Shown: one piece after another, positions 1-11,667 of the stretch
Position numbering within the stretch: position 1 is the first letter of the stretch
Layout: each line of letters opens with the position of its first letter
Source of the DNA: an uncultured Solirubrobacteraceae bacterium
GTDB lineage: Bacteria; Actinomycetota; Thermoleophilia; Solirubrobacterales; Solirubrobacteraceae
NCBI GenBank assembly: GCA_963704735.1
Contig: OY969935.1
Location: 1,847,476 to 1,911,475, forward strand
Length of the DNA: 64,000 bases
Reading direction: 5' to 3'
The notes under the pieces: model-generated
The model's input: the letters and a program-made list of their open reading frames with translations, nothing else
Told to the model about the DNA's origin: nothing
Database searches by the model: none
Program-made: the position numbers and the translations under genes

Positions 1-1
1 C

Positions 2-1357
2 GACAACCTGCGCCTCGTCGAGCACACTCCTGCGCGCGGCGCGCGGCCGCTGCTGGACATCCTGCAGGACCGCAGTCCCTCGGCGCGCGCCCTGCTGGAA
101 GGAGCGTCCATCCCGCAGGGCAATGCGCTGCGCAACGTCTCGCCGCGGCCCAACCAGGTGCGTGGCTACCAGCAGCTCGTCGACTCGAGCGGCAATGTCC
201 TGTTCAGATCCGGCGCGGCCAACGTGACGCTGCCCGTCGATCCGCGGACCCGCGCGCTGGCTGCGGGCATTGGCAAGAGCTTCTTTCGCGACGCCACGGT
301 CAACGGCATCGAGCTGCGCATTCTCGCGGAGCACCTCGCGCGCGAACGCGCAGTGCAGTTCGCCCAGCCGCTCACCGAAGTGAACGAACTGCTCAGCCAT
401 CTGCGCCTGATCCTCGTTCTGATCGGTCTCGGTGGCATCGCGCTCGCGGCCCTGCTCGGACGGCTGGTGGCCCGCACCGCGGTGCTGCCGGTCAGGCGGC
501 TGACCCAGGCAGCCGAGCATGTGGCCGAGACGATGGACCTATCCCAGCGCATCCGGTCCGCCGGCGAGGATGAGATCGGACGGCTCGCGGAGAGCTTCAA
601 CGCCATGCTCGATGCGCTCGAGCAATCGATGAGCGCGCTCGATGAGTCCGTGCACGCGCAGCGTCAACTTGTCGCCGACGCCTCGCACGAGCTGAGAACG
701 CCCGTGACCAGCCTGCGGACGAACGTCGAGATCCTGCAGCGGGCGGAGAGCATGGACGGAGAGGATCGCCGGCGGCTGCTCGACGACGTGGTCGAACAGA
801 TCGAGGAGCTCACGCTGCTGATGAACGATCTGATCGATCTCGCGCGCGGTGAGGAGCCGCATGCGAACGCCGAGGACACGCGCCTTGACCAGCTGGTGGG
901 CGAGGTTGTCGATCGCGCTCGAAAGCACGCCCCGGCCACCCCGTTGCATGCCGAGCTCGAGCCGACGATCGTCGCCGGCGTGCCCGCGAGGCTCGAGCGC
1001 GCCGTCAGCAACCTGATCGACAACGCGATCAAGTACAGCCCCCCCGGCGTGCCCGTCGAGATCCGGCTGCACGGCAAAGAGCTGACGGTGCGCGATCGCG
1101 GACCCGGGATCGCAGCCGAGGACCTTCCGCACGTGTTCGACCGCTTCTACCGCGGCGCCGAGGCGCGCGGCAGACCCGGTTCGGGACTCGGGCTTGCGAT
1201 CGTGCGCCAGGTGGTCGGCCAGCACGGCGGGCGCGTCGTGGCCGAAGCCGCGCCCGGCGGAGGAACGCTGATGCGGCTGCGCATGCCGGGTGCCGAGTCG
1301 CTGCCGGAGGAGTCACCCGGCGCCCCGACGGCCGGGGAGCACTACTCACGCGTGTGA
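2..1357 (+). CDS. Two-component sensor histidine kinase (HAMP-HisKA-HATPase), MprB-like; 5'-truncated by window edge
   Basis: Frame open from position 2; TM helix, HAMP (DEIGRLAESFNAM), H-box ADASHELRTP, N-box NLIDNAIKY, G-boxes DRGPGI and GSGLGLAI. Confidence 0.93.
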   Translation, partial: DNLRLVEHTPARGARPLLDILQDRSPSARALLEGASIPQGNALRNVSPRPNQVRGYQQLVDSSGNVLFRSGAANVTLPVDPRTRALAAGIGKSFFRDATVNGIELRILAEHLARERAVQFAQPLTEVNELLSHLRLILVLIGLGGIALAALLGRLVARTAVLPVRRLTQAAEHVAETMDLSQRIRSAGEDEIGRLAESFNAMLDALEQSMSALDESVHAQRQLVADASHELRTPVTSLRTNVEILQRAESMDGEDRRRLLDDVVEQIEELTLLMNDLIDLARGEEPHANAEDTRLDQLVGEVVDRARKHAPATPLHAELEPTIVAGVPARLERAVSNLIDNAIKYSPPGVPVEIRLHGKELTVRDRGPGIAAEDLPHVFDRFYRGAEARGRPGSGLGLAIVRQVVGQHGGRVVAEAAPGGGTLMRLRMPGAESLPEESPGAPTAGEHYSRV

Positions 1358-1701
1358 AGGGCCCGCGCCCGGAAGCGTGCCGGCGACAGTCCGTAATGGC
1401 GGCGGAACGCCTGCGCGAAGTGCGGCGCCTGCCGGTAGCCGACAAGGCGAGCCACGTCACGGACGGGGATCGCTCGCTGGGTCAGCAGAAGCTCGGCCGC
1501 CGCCGCCATCCGCCGCGCGAACAGATCCTCCTGGAAGGTGATCTCGCCGAATTGCGAGTACGCCCGTTGCAGCTGGCGGGGCGAGCTCGACAGGGCGCCC
1601 GCCACGACCGGGAGCGTCAGTCGCCGGCGGTAGTGGCGAGCGACGACCACCCGCGCCAGCAGGTACAGCCGGCGGCGAGCCGTGACGGTGTCCGGGCGCA
1701 C
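1342..1701 (-). CDS. Stand-alone AraC/XylS helix-turn-helix regulator with no effector domain
   Basis: 119 aa; S-x-RQLQR, RM-AA-LL and VRDVARLVGY-x4-F-x2-F-x3-YGLSP-x2-FR AraC signature. Confidence 0.85.
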   Translation of the reverse strand: MRPDTVTARRRLYLLARVVVARHYRRRLTLPVVAGALSSSPRQLQRAYSQFGEITFQEDLFARRMAAAAELLLTQRAIPVRDVARLVGYRQAPHFAQAFRRHYGLSPARFRARALHTRE

Positions 1702-1755
1702 ATCCCCTGCTCCGACCCCCGCCTGGCGAGCGGGACAGGCGCCCGCCGTGGGCGC

Positions 1756-2616
1756 TCAGCCCGCGTAGCGCAGAGCGACGCGCTCCGCCGCAGCTCGGTA
1801 GGAGCCGCCGAACAGCAGCGCGTGCACGAGCAGCGGAAGCAGCTGGTAGAGCTCCACTCGATCCTCCCAGCCGTCGGCCAGCGGGGCGACCTCCTGATAG
1901 GCCGAGAACACCCGGTCTGACGGCGCCCCGAACAGCCTCAGCATGGCGAGGTCCACCTCGCGGTGGCCGCCATACGCCGAGGGATCGATCAGCCAAGGAC
2001 GGCCGTCCCCGTCCGCCATCACGTTGCCGGCCCACAGATCGCCGTGCAGCCGCGCGGGGGGCTCGGCAGGACCGGTGAGCCCTGAGATCCGCTCGCACAC
2101 CCCCTCCAGCGCGCGGATCGCGGATGGCGGCAGCGCGCCTCTGCGGCGCGCGATCTCCGCCAGTGGATGCAGGCGCCGCTCGGCGTAGAACGTGGACCAG
2201 TCGGCGGCGGTCTCGTTCGACAGCCGCAGCGATCCGAAGCCGAACGCCGAGCCCGTGCCGGGCTCACCCAGCCCACCGAACCTCGGCGCACCCGCGAGGT
2301 GGGTCGTGGCGAGGCCATGGCCTAGCGCCTCCAGGCCGCGTGCGTCCAGGCGTCCGGGCGCGATCCACTCCAGGGCGAGGTAGCGATCACCGACGTCAAG
2401 CACACGCGGCGTGCGCACGGCCCCCGGCTCGGCGAGCCAGCGAAGCCCCGCAGCCTCGGCCTCGTACTCGCCCGCGGCAGCGTCGGCGCGGGTCTTCACG
2501 AACGCCTCGCTACCGTCGACGAGCACCACGTGGAACGCATCGTTGATGTCTCCCCCGCCGACCGCCCGGACATCGCTGACGCCGGCGGGGAGGCTGATGG
2601 AGGCCGGAAGGCTCAC
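1756..2616 (-). CDS. Fructosamine kinase family protein
   Basis: GGGDIN, FVK, EAAGL-WL, LHGDLWAGN, IDPS-YGGHREVDLAML. Confidence 0.93.
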   Translation of the reverse strand: MSLPASISLPAGVSDVRAVGGGDINDAFHVVLVDGSEAFVKTRADAAAGEYEAEAAGLRWLAEPGAVRTPRVLDVGDRYLALEWIAPGRLDARGLEALGHGLATTHLAGAPRFGGLGEPGTGSAFGFGSLRLSNETAADWSTFYAERRLHPLAEIARRRGALPPSAIRALEGVCERISGLTGPAEPPARLHGDLWAGNVMADGDGRPWLIDPSAYGGHREVDLAMLRLFGAPSDRVFSAYQEVAPLADGWEDRVELYQLLPLLVHALLFGGSYRAAAERVALRYAG

Positions 2617-3095
2617 GCGAGCTCACCGGCGCGAATGCGCGCGAGCAGCCCGGTGCAGGCCGCCTGCACGAGATCGAGCACTTCATCAAAGCCGTCCGGA
2701 CCCCCGTAATAGGGATCGGGCACCTCCGGGGCCACCTCGGCGGCGCTCAGCGGGTCGAACTCGCGTAGCAGCCTCACCTTCGCCCGCTGCTCCTCGCTGC
2801 GCGCCAGTTGCCGAAGCTCGCGCTCATTCGCACGGTCCATCGCAATCACGAGATCAAAATCATCGAGATCGTCTCGCGAGAGGAGACGGGCGGAGCCATC
2901 GAGCGCGATCCCGCGGGCCCGCGCGGCGGCACGGGCCCGTGCGTCGGGCTGGCTGCCGACGTGCCAGCCCCCCGTGCCAGCGGAGTCGACCTCGATCGAC
3001 TCCTCGAGGCCCGCCTCGCGCACGAGCGAGCGCATCACGCCCTCGGCGGTCGGCGATCTGCAGATGTTGCCCAGACAGACGAACAGCACGCGCAT
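2613..3095 (-). CDS. ptpA: Low-molecular-weight protein-tyrosine phosphatase
   Basis: VCLGNICRSP P-loop, DSAGT, DPYYG. Confidence 0.93.
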   Translation of the reverse strand: MRVLFVCLGNICRSPTAEGVMRSLVREAGLEESIEVDSAGTGGWHVGSQPDARARAAARARGIALDGSARLLSRDDLDDFDLVIAMDRANERELRQLARSEEQRAKVRLLREFDPLSAAEVAPEVPDPYYGGPDGFDEVLDLVQAACTGLLARIRAGELA

Positions 3096-3147
3096 GGCAC
3101 TACCCCCGCCCGCGGTGAGCGCCGGCCCGCGTCAGTGAGGGCCCCAT

Positions 3148-4977
<1,830 letters not shown>

Positions 4978-5011
4978 GGGCTGCTACAGCGTAGAAGGCG
5001 CGCCGACCCGC

Positions 5012-5017
5012 TAGCCT
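5012..5017 (+). promoter_or_regulatory. Putative -10 element (TAGCCT) for the candidate ncRNA, divergent from the lepA -10 (TACGCT, 4988-4993, minus)
   Basis: TANNNT hexamer just upstream of the 5' closing stem of the structured element. Confidence 0.45.
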
Positions 5018-5021
5018 TGAT

Positions 5022-5180
5022 GGTCCGGCGGATCGCCAACTCGACGTGGACCCTTCGGGGCCCAGCCGCGGCAACGCGCCGGCTCACGAGCCGGCGGCCT
5101 GTCCAGGTGTCGGGAGTGTCACGCCGCCCAGGCAAAGACACAAGTCCTGGGACGTTAGTAGTAAGCGGCGATCTCTGACC
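5022..5180 (+). ncRNA. Candidate structured ncRNA, family unassigned
   Basis: 5'/3' closing helix 5022-5037/5167-5180; second helix 5039-5047/5152-5159; cUUCGg and GCAA tetraloops; perfect 3-way junction; possible kissing loop GUGUC/GACAC; followed by a strong hairpin. Confidence 0.6.
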
Positions 5181-5182
5181 GG

Positions 5183-5217
5183 GCGGCATCGGGCGGGCTT
5201 ATGGCTCGCCCGGCCGC
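5183..5217. terminator. Strong GC hairpin between the candidate ncRNA and the murJ 3' end
   Basis: gcggc-at-cgggcgggc-ttatg-gctcgcccg-gccgc; no U-tract. Confidence 0.45.
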
Positions 5218-5286
5218 ATGCCCGGGCCGACGGGCCACCGGCGCGAGCCCGTTGCGGTCTCACACGGGCGCGCGCGGCGGAGGCGC

Positions 5287-7035
5287 TCACGCCCGCCCGA
5301 GCTGCGTGCGAATCAGACGGCTCACCTGGTGGGCCTCGGGCACGCGCATCGCCAGCACGGCCCGCATGTAGACCAGCACACCCGCCAGCCCGGCCGCTCC
5401 GACGCTGACGATCTGGGCGATGAGGGAACCACCCAGCAGGGCGTCGAGACCCCGCCAGACAAGCCACGAGACGCCGGCCAAGAGCGCCGAGGCGAGCAGG
5501 ATGCGCGCCGTGATCATGGTCGTCTGGGCGCCCTCGAGTCGCCCGTTGAAGCCGATCCTCAGACGATGGAACTGGAGCGCGGTCATCACCGCGTTGGCCG
5601 CGACGGTCCCGATGATCAGACCGGCGATCCCCAGCGGCTTGTACAGGCCGATCGACACGATGATGTCGACGATGATGTTCAGCGCCGCCAGCCGGGTGGG
5701 GATCCACGGGCGCTGCACCGAGAAGAACACGCGCGTGAGCAGCAGGTTCAGCCCGCCAAACGGAAGGCTGAGGGCAAACCAGAACAGCGCTTCAGAGACG
5801 AGGTCGGTTGACCGTGCGTTGAAGTTGCCGCGTTCGAATACCAGCCGCACGATCGGGGTCGTCAGCACGAGGATGAACACGGCCGACGGGATCAGCAGCA
5901 GGTTGATCTGGCGCATGCCGATCCCGATCGTGCGGCGCATGCCGCCGACCTCCCTGCGGGCGGCCATCCGGCTGAGCGTCGGAAAGAGCACGGTTGCCAC
6001 GGCGACACTGAACAGGCCCTGCGGCAGCATGTAGATGCGGAAGGCATTGTCGATCGCCCGCGGCGCTTCGTCGGAGACGAGCGTGCCGAACACCGAGTTG
6101 ATCAGCTGGTCCAGGTTGACGATGCCCAGGCCGATGGTCACCGGCAGCATCAGACCGAACACCTGCCGGATGCGCGGGTCGTGCCAGTCGATCGAGAACT
6201 GAAGGCGGAAGTCGATCCGCGCGAGCGCCCCGAAGACCATCAGCATCTGCACGAACGTCGCGATCAGGATCGCGATCGCGTACGCGTACAGCTGGTCGCC
6301 GTTTTCGTAGCCGCCCTGAAAGTGCGGGCGCAGCACGATGAGCAGCACGATGATCACGAGGTTCCACACGGCCGGGGAGATCGCCGGGATCGTGAAGTGT
6401 TCGTAGGACTGCAGCACCCCGACGAGCAGGCCGATCAGCCCGAGCAGCAGCACGACCGGGAACAGCACCTGCGAGAGCCCCACCGTGAGAGCGTCGAGCG
6501 GCGCATTGAAGGTCGGGCCCGTGAACAGCGGCATGATCACGCCGGCGGCGAGCACGAAGAACGCGGTCACCGCGCCGAGGGCGATCAACATGATCCAGAA
6601 GAGCGTCGACGCCAGCCGGAACGCCTCTTTGCGCTTGCCCTGCTGGAGCAGATCGGTGAACACCGGCACGAACGCCGCCGACAGTGCCGCGTTCGCGAAC
6701 AGGTTGCTCACCAGGTTCGGGATCTGGAACGCGAGCGTGAACGCCGACGCCGGACCGCCCGTGCCGAAGAAGCTCGCGGCGACGATCTCGCGCACCAGCC
6801 CCAGCAGCCTGGACAGACCGGTCGCCAGGGAGAAAATCGCGGTGTTGCGCGCCACCCGCCCTCCCCCACCGGCGCCCCGGCCTTCGCCGCCGCCGTCGCC
6901 GCGAGCCGGCTGCTCCGGCCTGGCGAGAACGCCGTATTCCTCCCCGAAGCTCCCATCCGGGACCCCAATGACCTCACCGGACGGATCCAACGGCGGCCCT
7001 CCGGGCGGTTCGTCGGCTCCCGAAATCGCGGACAA
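5287..7035 (-). CDS. murJ: Lipid II flippase MurJ/MviN
   Basis: SRLLGLVRE, AF-IPN, AAFVP, YMLPQGLF. Start placed at TTG 7035, 7 nt after -10 TACTAT; the ORF-track start at 7080 overlaps rpsT. Confidence 0.95.
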   Translation of the reverse strand: MSAISGADEPPGGPPLDPSGEVIGVPDGSFGEEYGVLARPEQPARGDGGGEGRGAGGGGRVARNTAIFSLATGLSRLLGLVREIVAASFFGTGGPASAFTLAFQIPNLVSNLFANAALSAAFVPVFTDLLQQGKRKEAFRLASTLFWIMLIALGAVTAFFVLAAGVIMPLFTGPTFNAPLDALTVGLSQVLFPVVLLLGLIGLLVGVLQSYEHFTIPAISPAVWNLVIIVLLIVLRPHFQGGYENGDQLYAYAIAILIATFVQMLMVFGALARIDFRLQFSIDWHDPRIRQVFGLMLPVTIGLGIVNLDQLINSVFGTLVSDEAPRAIDNAFRIYMLPQGLFSVAVATVLFPTLSRMAARREVGGMRRTIGIGMRQINLLLIPSAVFILVLTTPIVRLVFERGNFNARSTDLVSEALFWFALSLPFGGLNLLLTRVFFSVQRPWIPTRLAALNIIVDIIVSIGLYKPLGIAGLIIGTVAANAVMTALQFHRLRIGFNGRLEGAQTTMITARILLASALLAGVSWLVWRGLDALLGGSLIAQIVSVGAAGLAGVLVYMRAVLAMRVPEAHQVSRLIRTQLGRA

Positions 7036-7061
7036 GGCCGCTATAGTACGGCGCTCCAACG

Positions 7062-7328
7062 ATGGCCAACATCCACTCACAGAAGAAGCGCATCCTGCGC
7101 TCCGAGCGCGAGCGCATCGAGAATCGCAAGTACACCTCGGCGATCAAGACCTACTTCCGCCACCTCGAAGCCGCCGTGCGCAGCGGTGACGCGCCGGCCG
7201 CCGGCGCCGAGCACGTCCGCCTGCAGCGGACGATCGACAAGGCCGTCAAGCGCGGCGCCCTGCACCGCAACACCGGCGCGCACAAGAAGTCCCGCGCCGC
7301 CCGCCTGCTCGCCGGCGTCTCCGGCTAG
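7062..7328 (+). CDS. rpsT: 30S ribosomal protein S20
   Basis: MANIHSQKKR...IDKAVKRGALHRN...KKSR. Confidence 0.98.
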   Translation: MANIHSQKKRILRSERERIENRKYTSAIKTYFRHLEAAVRSGDAPAAGAEHVRLQRTIDKAVKRGALHRNTGAHKKSRAARLLAGVSG

Positions 7329-8413
7329 GAGGCGACCGTCTCGATCGCCCGCAGCGCGAGCGTGTCCTCCTGCAGCCCCGCGAGCATCGAGCGATTACAG
7401 GCGAGCACGGCCCCGCCACGCGAGTCGAGCTCGAGGTCGGCGAGCGAGCACAGCGCCCGGCGCAGCCGGTCGGGCTCGGTGCGGGCCACCTCGGCGAGGA
7501 ACCGCTCCGCCGCGCGTGCGGGCATCCGCAGCCCCCGCCGGACCTCGGCGAGCGACTCGCCGGCCTGCAGGCGCAGGGCGATCGCCAGCGCCTCGCGCAG
7601 CCGCTGAGCCATCCCGTAGGTCAATCCCGACAGCCGCTCGCCCTGCTGGCGAAGGCGCAGATAGGACAGCGTCGCCTCGCCTGCGTCGCCGGCCAGGAGC
7701 GCGTCGGCCAGCGCGAAGGCGCGCCACTGCGCCGAATGGGCGAGGACGCGGTCGATCTCCTCGACGCCAACCTCCCTGAGCCCAGCACCCGAGCCCTCGG
7801 GCGCCTCGCCGTCCGGGATGGGGCCGAGGGGGTCGGTGCTCAGCGCGAGCTTCTCGAGCTCTCGCAGCAGCCGCTGCTGGCGCCCTCCGACCTGCTCCAC
7901 GAGCGCCTTCGCCGCCATGCCGTCCAGCGAGATGCCCAAGCGCGCCGCCTGCTCGCGCACCCACCCGGCCAGCTCCCACGGCTTCACCGTCGCCTGGCAG
8001 ACGACCTGCCCGCCGGCCCGCCTCACGGCCTCGTGCACGGCCGCCGGCGCCTTGGCGCGAGCGTCCTCCCGCGCGAACAGCGCGAGCGTCGTATCCGGCG
8101 GCATATCTCGCATCGCTCCGGCCAGATGCGTCTCCACGTCGGACTGGCGCCAGCGCTCCACGCCTTCAACGAGGATGACCCGACCCAGCCCGGCGGGCGC
8201 CCCCGCCCCCATCTCCGCGCCGCCGGTCGCCAGCGTCATCGTCGCGAGCGCCCCCGCCACCGCCCGCGGACTGCCCGCCTCTCCCTCGAGCAACTCCACG
8301 CTGCCGGCGCCGCCGCCCTGCTGCTCTGCCAGCGCGCGCAGCCCCGCCCTGCGCTCGGCGATCGCCCCGTGGTCATCGCCGTGAATCAGGTAGACGGGCT
8401 TGAGCGTGGCCAT
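7325..8413 (-). CDS. holA: DNA polymerase III delta subunit
   Basis: KPVYLIHGDD, ELEKLAL, F-LADA; convergent with rpsT as usual. Confidence 0.88.
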   Translation of the reverse strand: MATLKPVYLIHGDDHGAIAERRAGLRALAEQQGGGAGSVELLEGEAGSPRAVAGALATMTLATGGAEMGAGAPAGLGRVILVEGVERWRQSDVETHLAGAMRDMPPDTTLALFAREDARAKAPAAVHEAVRRAGGQVVCQATVKPWELAGWVREQAARLGISLDGMAAKALVEQVGGRQQRLLRELEKLALSTDPLGPIPDGEAPEGSGAGLREVGVEEIDRVLAHSAQWRAFALADALLAGDAGEATLSYLRLRQQGERLSGLTYGMAQRLREALAIALRLQAGESLAEVRRGLRMPARAAERFLAEVARTEPDRLRRALCSLADLELDSRGGAVLACNRSMLAGLQEDTLALRAIETVAS

Positions 8414-8444
8414 CTGAGCGAGTCTATGCGCGAGCGCCGACGCG

Positions 8445-10973
8445 CTAGCGCACCACGAGGTTGACGAGCTTGCCCGGCACGACGACCTCCTTGACGATCT
8501 CCCTGCCCTCCACGTGGGCCTTCACGTTGGGGGCGTCCCTGCACAGGCCCGTGAGCTCATCCGCGGTCGCATCCGCGGCCGCCTGCACCCGGTCGCGCAC
8601 CTTGCCGTTCACCTGGCAGACGAGCTCATAGACGTCGCTCTCGAGCAGCGCCCGATCAGCCTGTGGCCAGGGACGCTCCCACACGCGCTCACCGGTCAGG
8701 CGCTCGTACATGTCAGAAGAGACGTGCGGCGCAAACGGAAACAGCAGCGAGGCGGCAGTGCCGAGCGCGAAGCGCAGGGTCTCGATCTCAGCCGAGTCGC
8801 GCAGCCGCGAGCAGTCGTTCAAGAGCTCCATCACGGCGGCGATCGCGGTGTTGAACGCGAACCGGCGCAGGTCGCCGCTCACCTTCTCGATCGCCCAGTG
8901 CGTCTTGCGCAGCAGCGCGAGATCGTCTCCCTGGGCGCTCGCCGGCCCCGTCAGCTCCCCGTCGGGCGCCTCGGCGCGCTCGGCGGTCTCGGCCGCCAGC
9001 CGCCACAGCCTGCCCAGGAAGCGGTGCACCCCCTCGACGCCGTCGTCGGACCAGTCGGCATCCTGGTCGGGGGGCCCGATGAACAGGATGTAACAGCGGG
9101 CCGTGTCGGCGCCGAGGCGCTCGACGATCGAGGCGGGCGACACCACATTGCCTCTCGACTTCGACATCTTGGCGCCGTCCTTGGTGACCATACCCTGGGT
9201 GAACAGCGCGCTGAAGGGCTCCTCGAAGTCGAGGTGGCCGAGGTCTGCGAGCGCCTTGGTGAAGAAGCGCGCATACATCAGGTGCAGGATCGCGTGCTCG
9301 ACCCCGCCTATGTACTGATCCACCGGCATCCACTCGCGCACCGCCGCCCGATCCCATGCCGCCTCGTCGTTGGTGGCGTCGCAGTAGCGCAGGAAGTACC
9401 ACGAGGAGTCAACAAACGTGTCCATCGTGTCCGTCTCCCTGCGCGCCTGCCCGGAACAGGAGGGACAGCTCGTGCGCACCCAGTCCCCGGCCGCTGCCAG
9501 AGGGGAGCGGCCCTTGGGCGTGTAGTCCTCGATGTCGGGCAGTTCCACCGGCAGCTGCTCGACCGGCACGGGCACCAACCCACAGCTCTCGCAATAGACG
9601 ATCGGAATCGGAGCGCCCCAGTAGCGCTGCCTGGAGATCAGCCAGTCGCGCAGGCGGTAGTTGACCGACGCGTGGCCCTTCCCCCTTCGGTCAAGCCACG
9701 CGACGATCGCGGTGAGCGCCTCGCGGTTGCCCAGTCCGTCGAACTCGGGGTGCGAGTTCATCAGCACGCCGTCACCGGTGTGGGGCAGGCCGTCGCCGTC
9801 GCCATCATCCCCGTTCTCCGTGCCGGCCCCGATCACGCGCCGTATGGGCAGATCGAAAGCCCGGGCGAACGCGTAATCGCGCTCGTCGTGCGCGGGCACC
9901 GCCATGATCGCGCCCGTTCCGTACTCCATCAGCACGTAGTCGGCGACGTACATCGGGATCTGCTCGCCGTTCACGGGGTTCGTGACGGTTCGCCCGAGCG
10001 GCACGCCCGTCTTGGGCTTCTCGGCGTTGCCGCGCTCCTCGTTCGTCTCGGTCAAGACGTGGTTGACGTACTCGCGCACCCCCCGCTCGTGCTCCGTGCC
10101 GGCCGCCAGGCGCATCACGTCCGGATGCTCGGGGGCCATCACGAAGAACGTGGCGCCGAACAGCGTGTCGGGACGAGTCGTGAACACGGGGTAGTCGATC
10201 TCGAGCTCCTCGCAGCGGAACGTCACCTCGGCACCCTCGCTGCGCCCGATCCAGTTGCGCTGCATCGTCTTTACGTGCTCGGGCCAGTCGATGCCATCCA
10301 GATCGCCGAGCAGCCGCTCCGCGTAGTCGGTGATCCGCAGGAACCACTGCTCCAGCTGCCTGACCTCGACCAGCGTGCCGCAGCGCTCGCAGCGACCGTC
10401 GGCATCGACCTGCTCGTTGGCGAGCACCGTCTGGTCGTGGGGGCACCACTTGACAGCCGCCTCCTTGCGATAGGCCAGCCCCGCGCGGAACAGCTCGAGG
10501 AAGATCCATTGCGTCCAGCGGTAGTAGCGCGGTTCGTGCGTGGCGAGCTCGCGGGACCAGTCGATCGAGATCCCCCACGAGCGGAACTGGCGCTGAAAGG
10601 CCGCAATCGACTCGGCGGTCGACTCGCGCGGGTGCACCCCCGTCTTGATCGCGTGGTTCTCGGCGGGCAGCCCGAAGGAGTCATAGCCCATCGGATGAAG
10701 GACCCGGTGGCCGAGCCGGCGGTGGAAGTGGGCGATCGCGTCACCGACCGAGTAGACCTTCAGATGACCGATGTGCGGCTCTCCGCTCGGATAGGGGAGC
10801 ATCTCAAGGACGTAGGACTTGCTCCTGTTGCCGGGCCCGCCGCTCGAGCCCGAGCGCTCCTGCGCCGGTGAGCCGGCTACCTCCTCGTTTGATACCTCCC
10901 AGGTGCGCTCCCTGGCCCATACCGACTGCCAGCGGGGCTCGATCTCATGAGGGTCATAACGATGCTCGGCCAC
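8445..10973 (-). CDS. leuS: Leucine--tRNA ligase
   Basis: MLPYPSG-HIGH, KMSKS, C-terminal [10 protein letters not shown]. Confidence 0.99.
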   Translation of the reverse strand: MAEHRYDPHEIEPRWQSVWARERTWEVSNEEVAGSPAQERSGSSGGPGNRSKSYVLEMLPYPSGEPHIGHLKVYSVGDAIAHFHRRLGHRVLHPMGYDSFGLPAENHAIKTGVHPRESTAESIAAFQRQFRSWGISIDWSRELATHEPRYYRWTQWIFLELFRAGLAYRKEAAVKWCPHDQTVLANEQVDADGRCERCGTLVEVRQLEQWFLRITDYAERLLGDLDGIDWPEHVKTMQRNWIGRSEGAEVTFRCEELEIDYPVFTTRPDTLFGATFFVMAPEHPDVMRLAAGTEHERGVREYVNHVLTETNEERGNAEKPKTGVPLGRTVTNPVNGEQIPMYVADYVLMEYGTGAIMAVPAHDERDYAFARAFDLPIRRVIGAGTENGDDGDGDGLPHTGDGVLMNSHPEFDGLGNREALTAIVAWLDRRGKGHASVNYRLRDWLISRQRYWGAPIPIVYCESCGLVPVPVEQLPVELPDIEDYTPKGRSPLAAAGDWVRTSCPSCSGQARRETDTMDTFVDSSWYFLRYCDATNDEAAWDRAAVREWMPVDQYIGGVEHAILHLMYARFFTKALADLGHLDFEEPFSALFTQGMVTKDGAKMSKSRGNVVSPASIVERLGADTARCYILFIGPPDQDADWSDDGVEGVHRFLGRLWRLAAETAERAEAPDGELTGPASAQGDDLALLRKTHWAIEKVSGDLRRFAFNTAIAAVMELLNDCSRLRDSAEIETLRFALGTAASLLFPFAPHVSSDMYERLTGERVWERPWPQADRALLESDVYELVCQVNGKVRDRVQAAADATADELTGLCRDAPNVKAHVEGREIVKEVVVPGKLVNLVVR

Positions 10974-11036
10974 TGGAGATCGCAGGTTAGCGGGCCGGTT
11001 CCCTCCCTCGGACGGTGGACCCGCCGCGCGAGGACC

Positions 11037-11666
11037 TCAGGAGAAGCGCGAGCGCGCGCGCAGCGCTTCGACGATCGCGGCCGGGGCGGTCGCCGGCGAA
11101 CCGGCCTGGAACGGCGGCTGGGGGTCGTACTCGATGCCGAGCTGGATCGCCTGGGCCACGTCCTCGCCCGCCACCTTCGCGGCCAGCGCGAGTGCCATGT
11201 CGATGCCGGCCGACACCCCGGCCGCCGTCACGATCTTCCCGTCGAACACCACCCGCTCTGCGACCGGCTCGGCGCCCATCTCGCCCAGCGTCTGGAGCGC
11301 GAGCCAGTGGCTGGTCGCACGCCTGCCACCGAGCAGGCCCGCGGCGGCGAGGACGAGCGAGCCGGTGCAGACCGAGGTCGTCCAGGTGCTCGTCTGATGC
11401 ACGGTGCGCAGCCACTCGAGCGCCGGTCCACCGGCGCGGGTGGCGACCTCACCCGGCCCCCCCGGGACGAGCACGATGTCGGGCCGGGCGACCTCGTCGA
11501 TCGAGTGCTCCGCCACAAGCGTCAGCATTCCATTGTCGGTGCGCACCCTCCCCGGCTCGACCGCGACGAACGACAGGCTTGCGCCTGGCAGCCGACTGAG
11601 CACCTCGTAGGGACCGATCGCGTCGAGCGCGGTGAGCCGGTCGTAGAGGAGGATTGCGATGTGCAT
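11037..11666 (-). CDS. DJ-1/PfpI family protein (isonitrile hydratase-like)
   Basis: LDAIGPYEVL, VPGG, SVCTG, AGVSAGIDM, EYDPQPPF-AGSP; start set at MHIAILLY. Confidence 0.92.
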   Translation of the reverse strand: MHIAILLYDRLTALDAIGPYEVLSRLPGASLSFVAVEPGRVRTDNGMLTLVAEHSIDEVARPDIVLVPGGPGEVATRAGGPALEWLRTVHQTSTWTTSVCTGSLVLAAAGLLGGRRATSHWLALQTLGEMGAEPVAERVVFDGKIVTAAGVSAGIDMALALAAKVAGEDVAQAIQLGIEYDPQPPFQAGSPATAPAAIVEALRARSRFS

Positions 11667-11667
11667 G

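Noticed and set aside
8514-10871. Long antisense ORFs (e.g. 8514..10871, 23795..25696, 33054..35201, 46261..48393, 57601..59226)
   Set aside because: Shadow ORFs opposite well-supported genes, expected at this GC content; no motifs
10974-11036. T-box leader for leuS
   Set aside because: Gap is only about 60 nt, a -10 (TAACCT) sits 10 nt from the start and there is no T-box sequence
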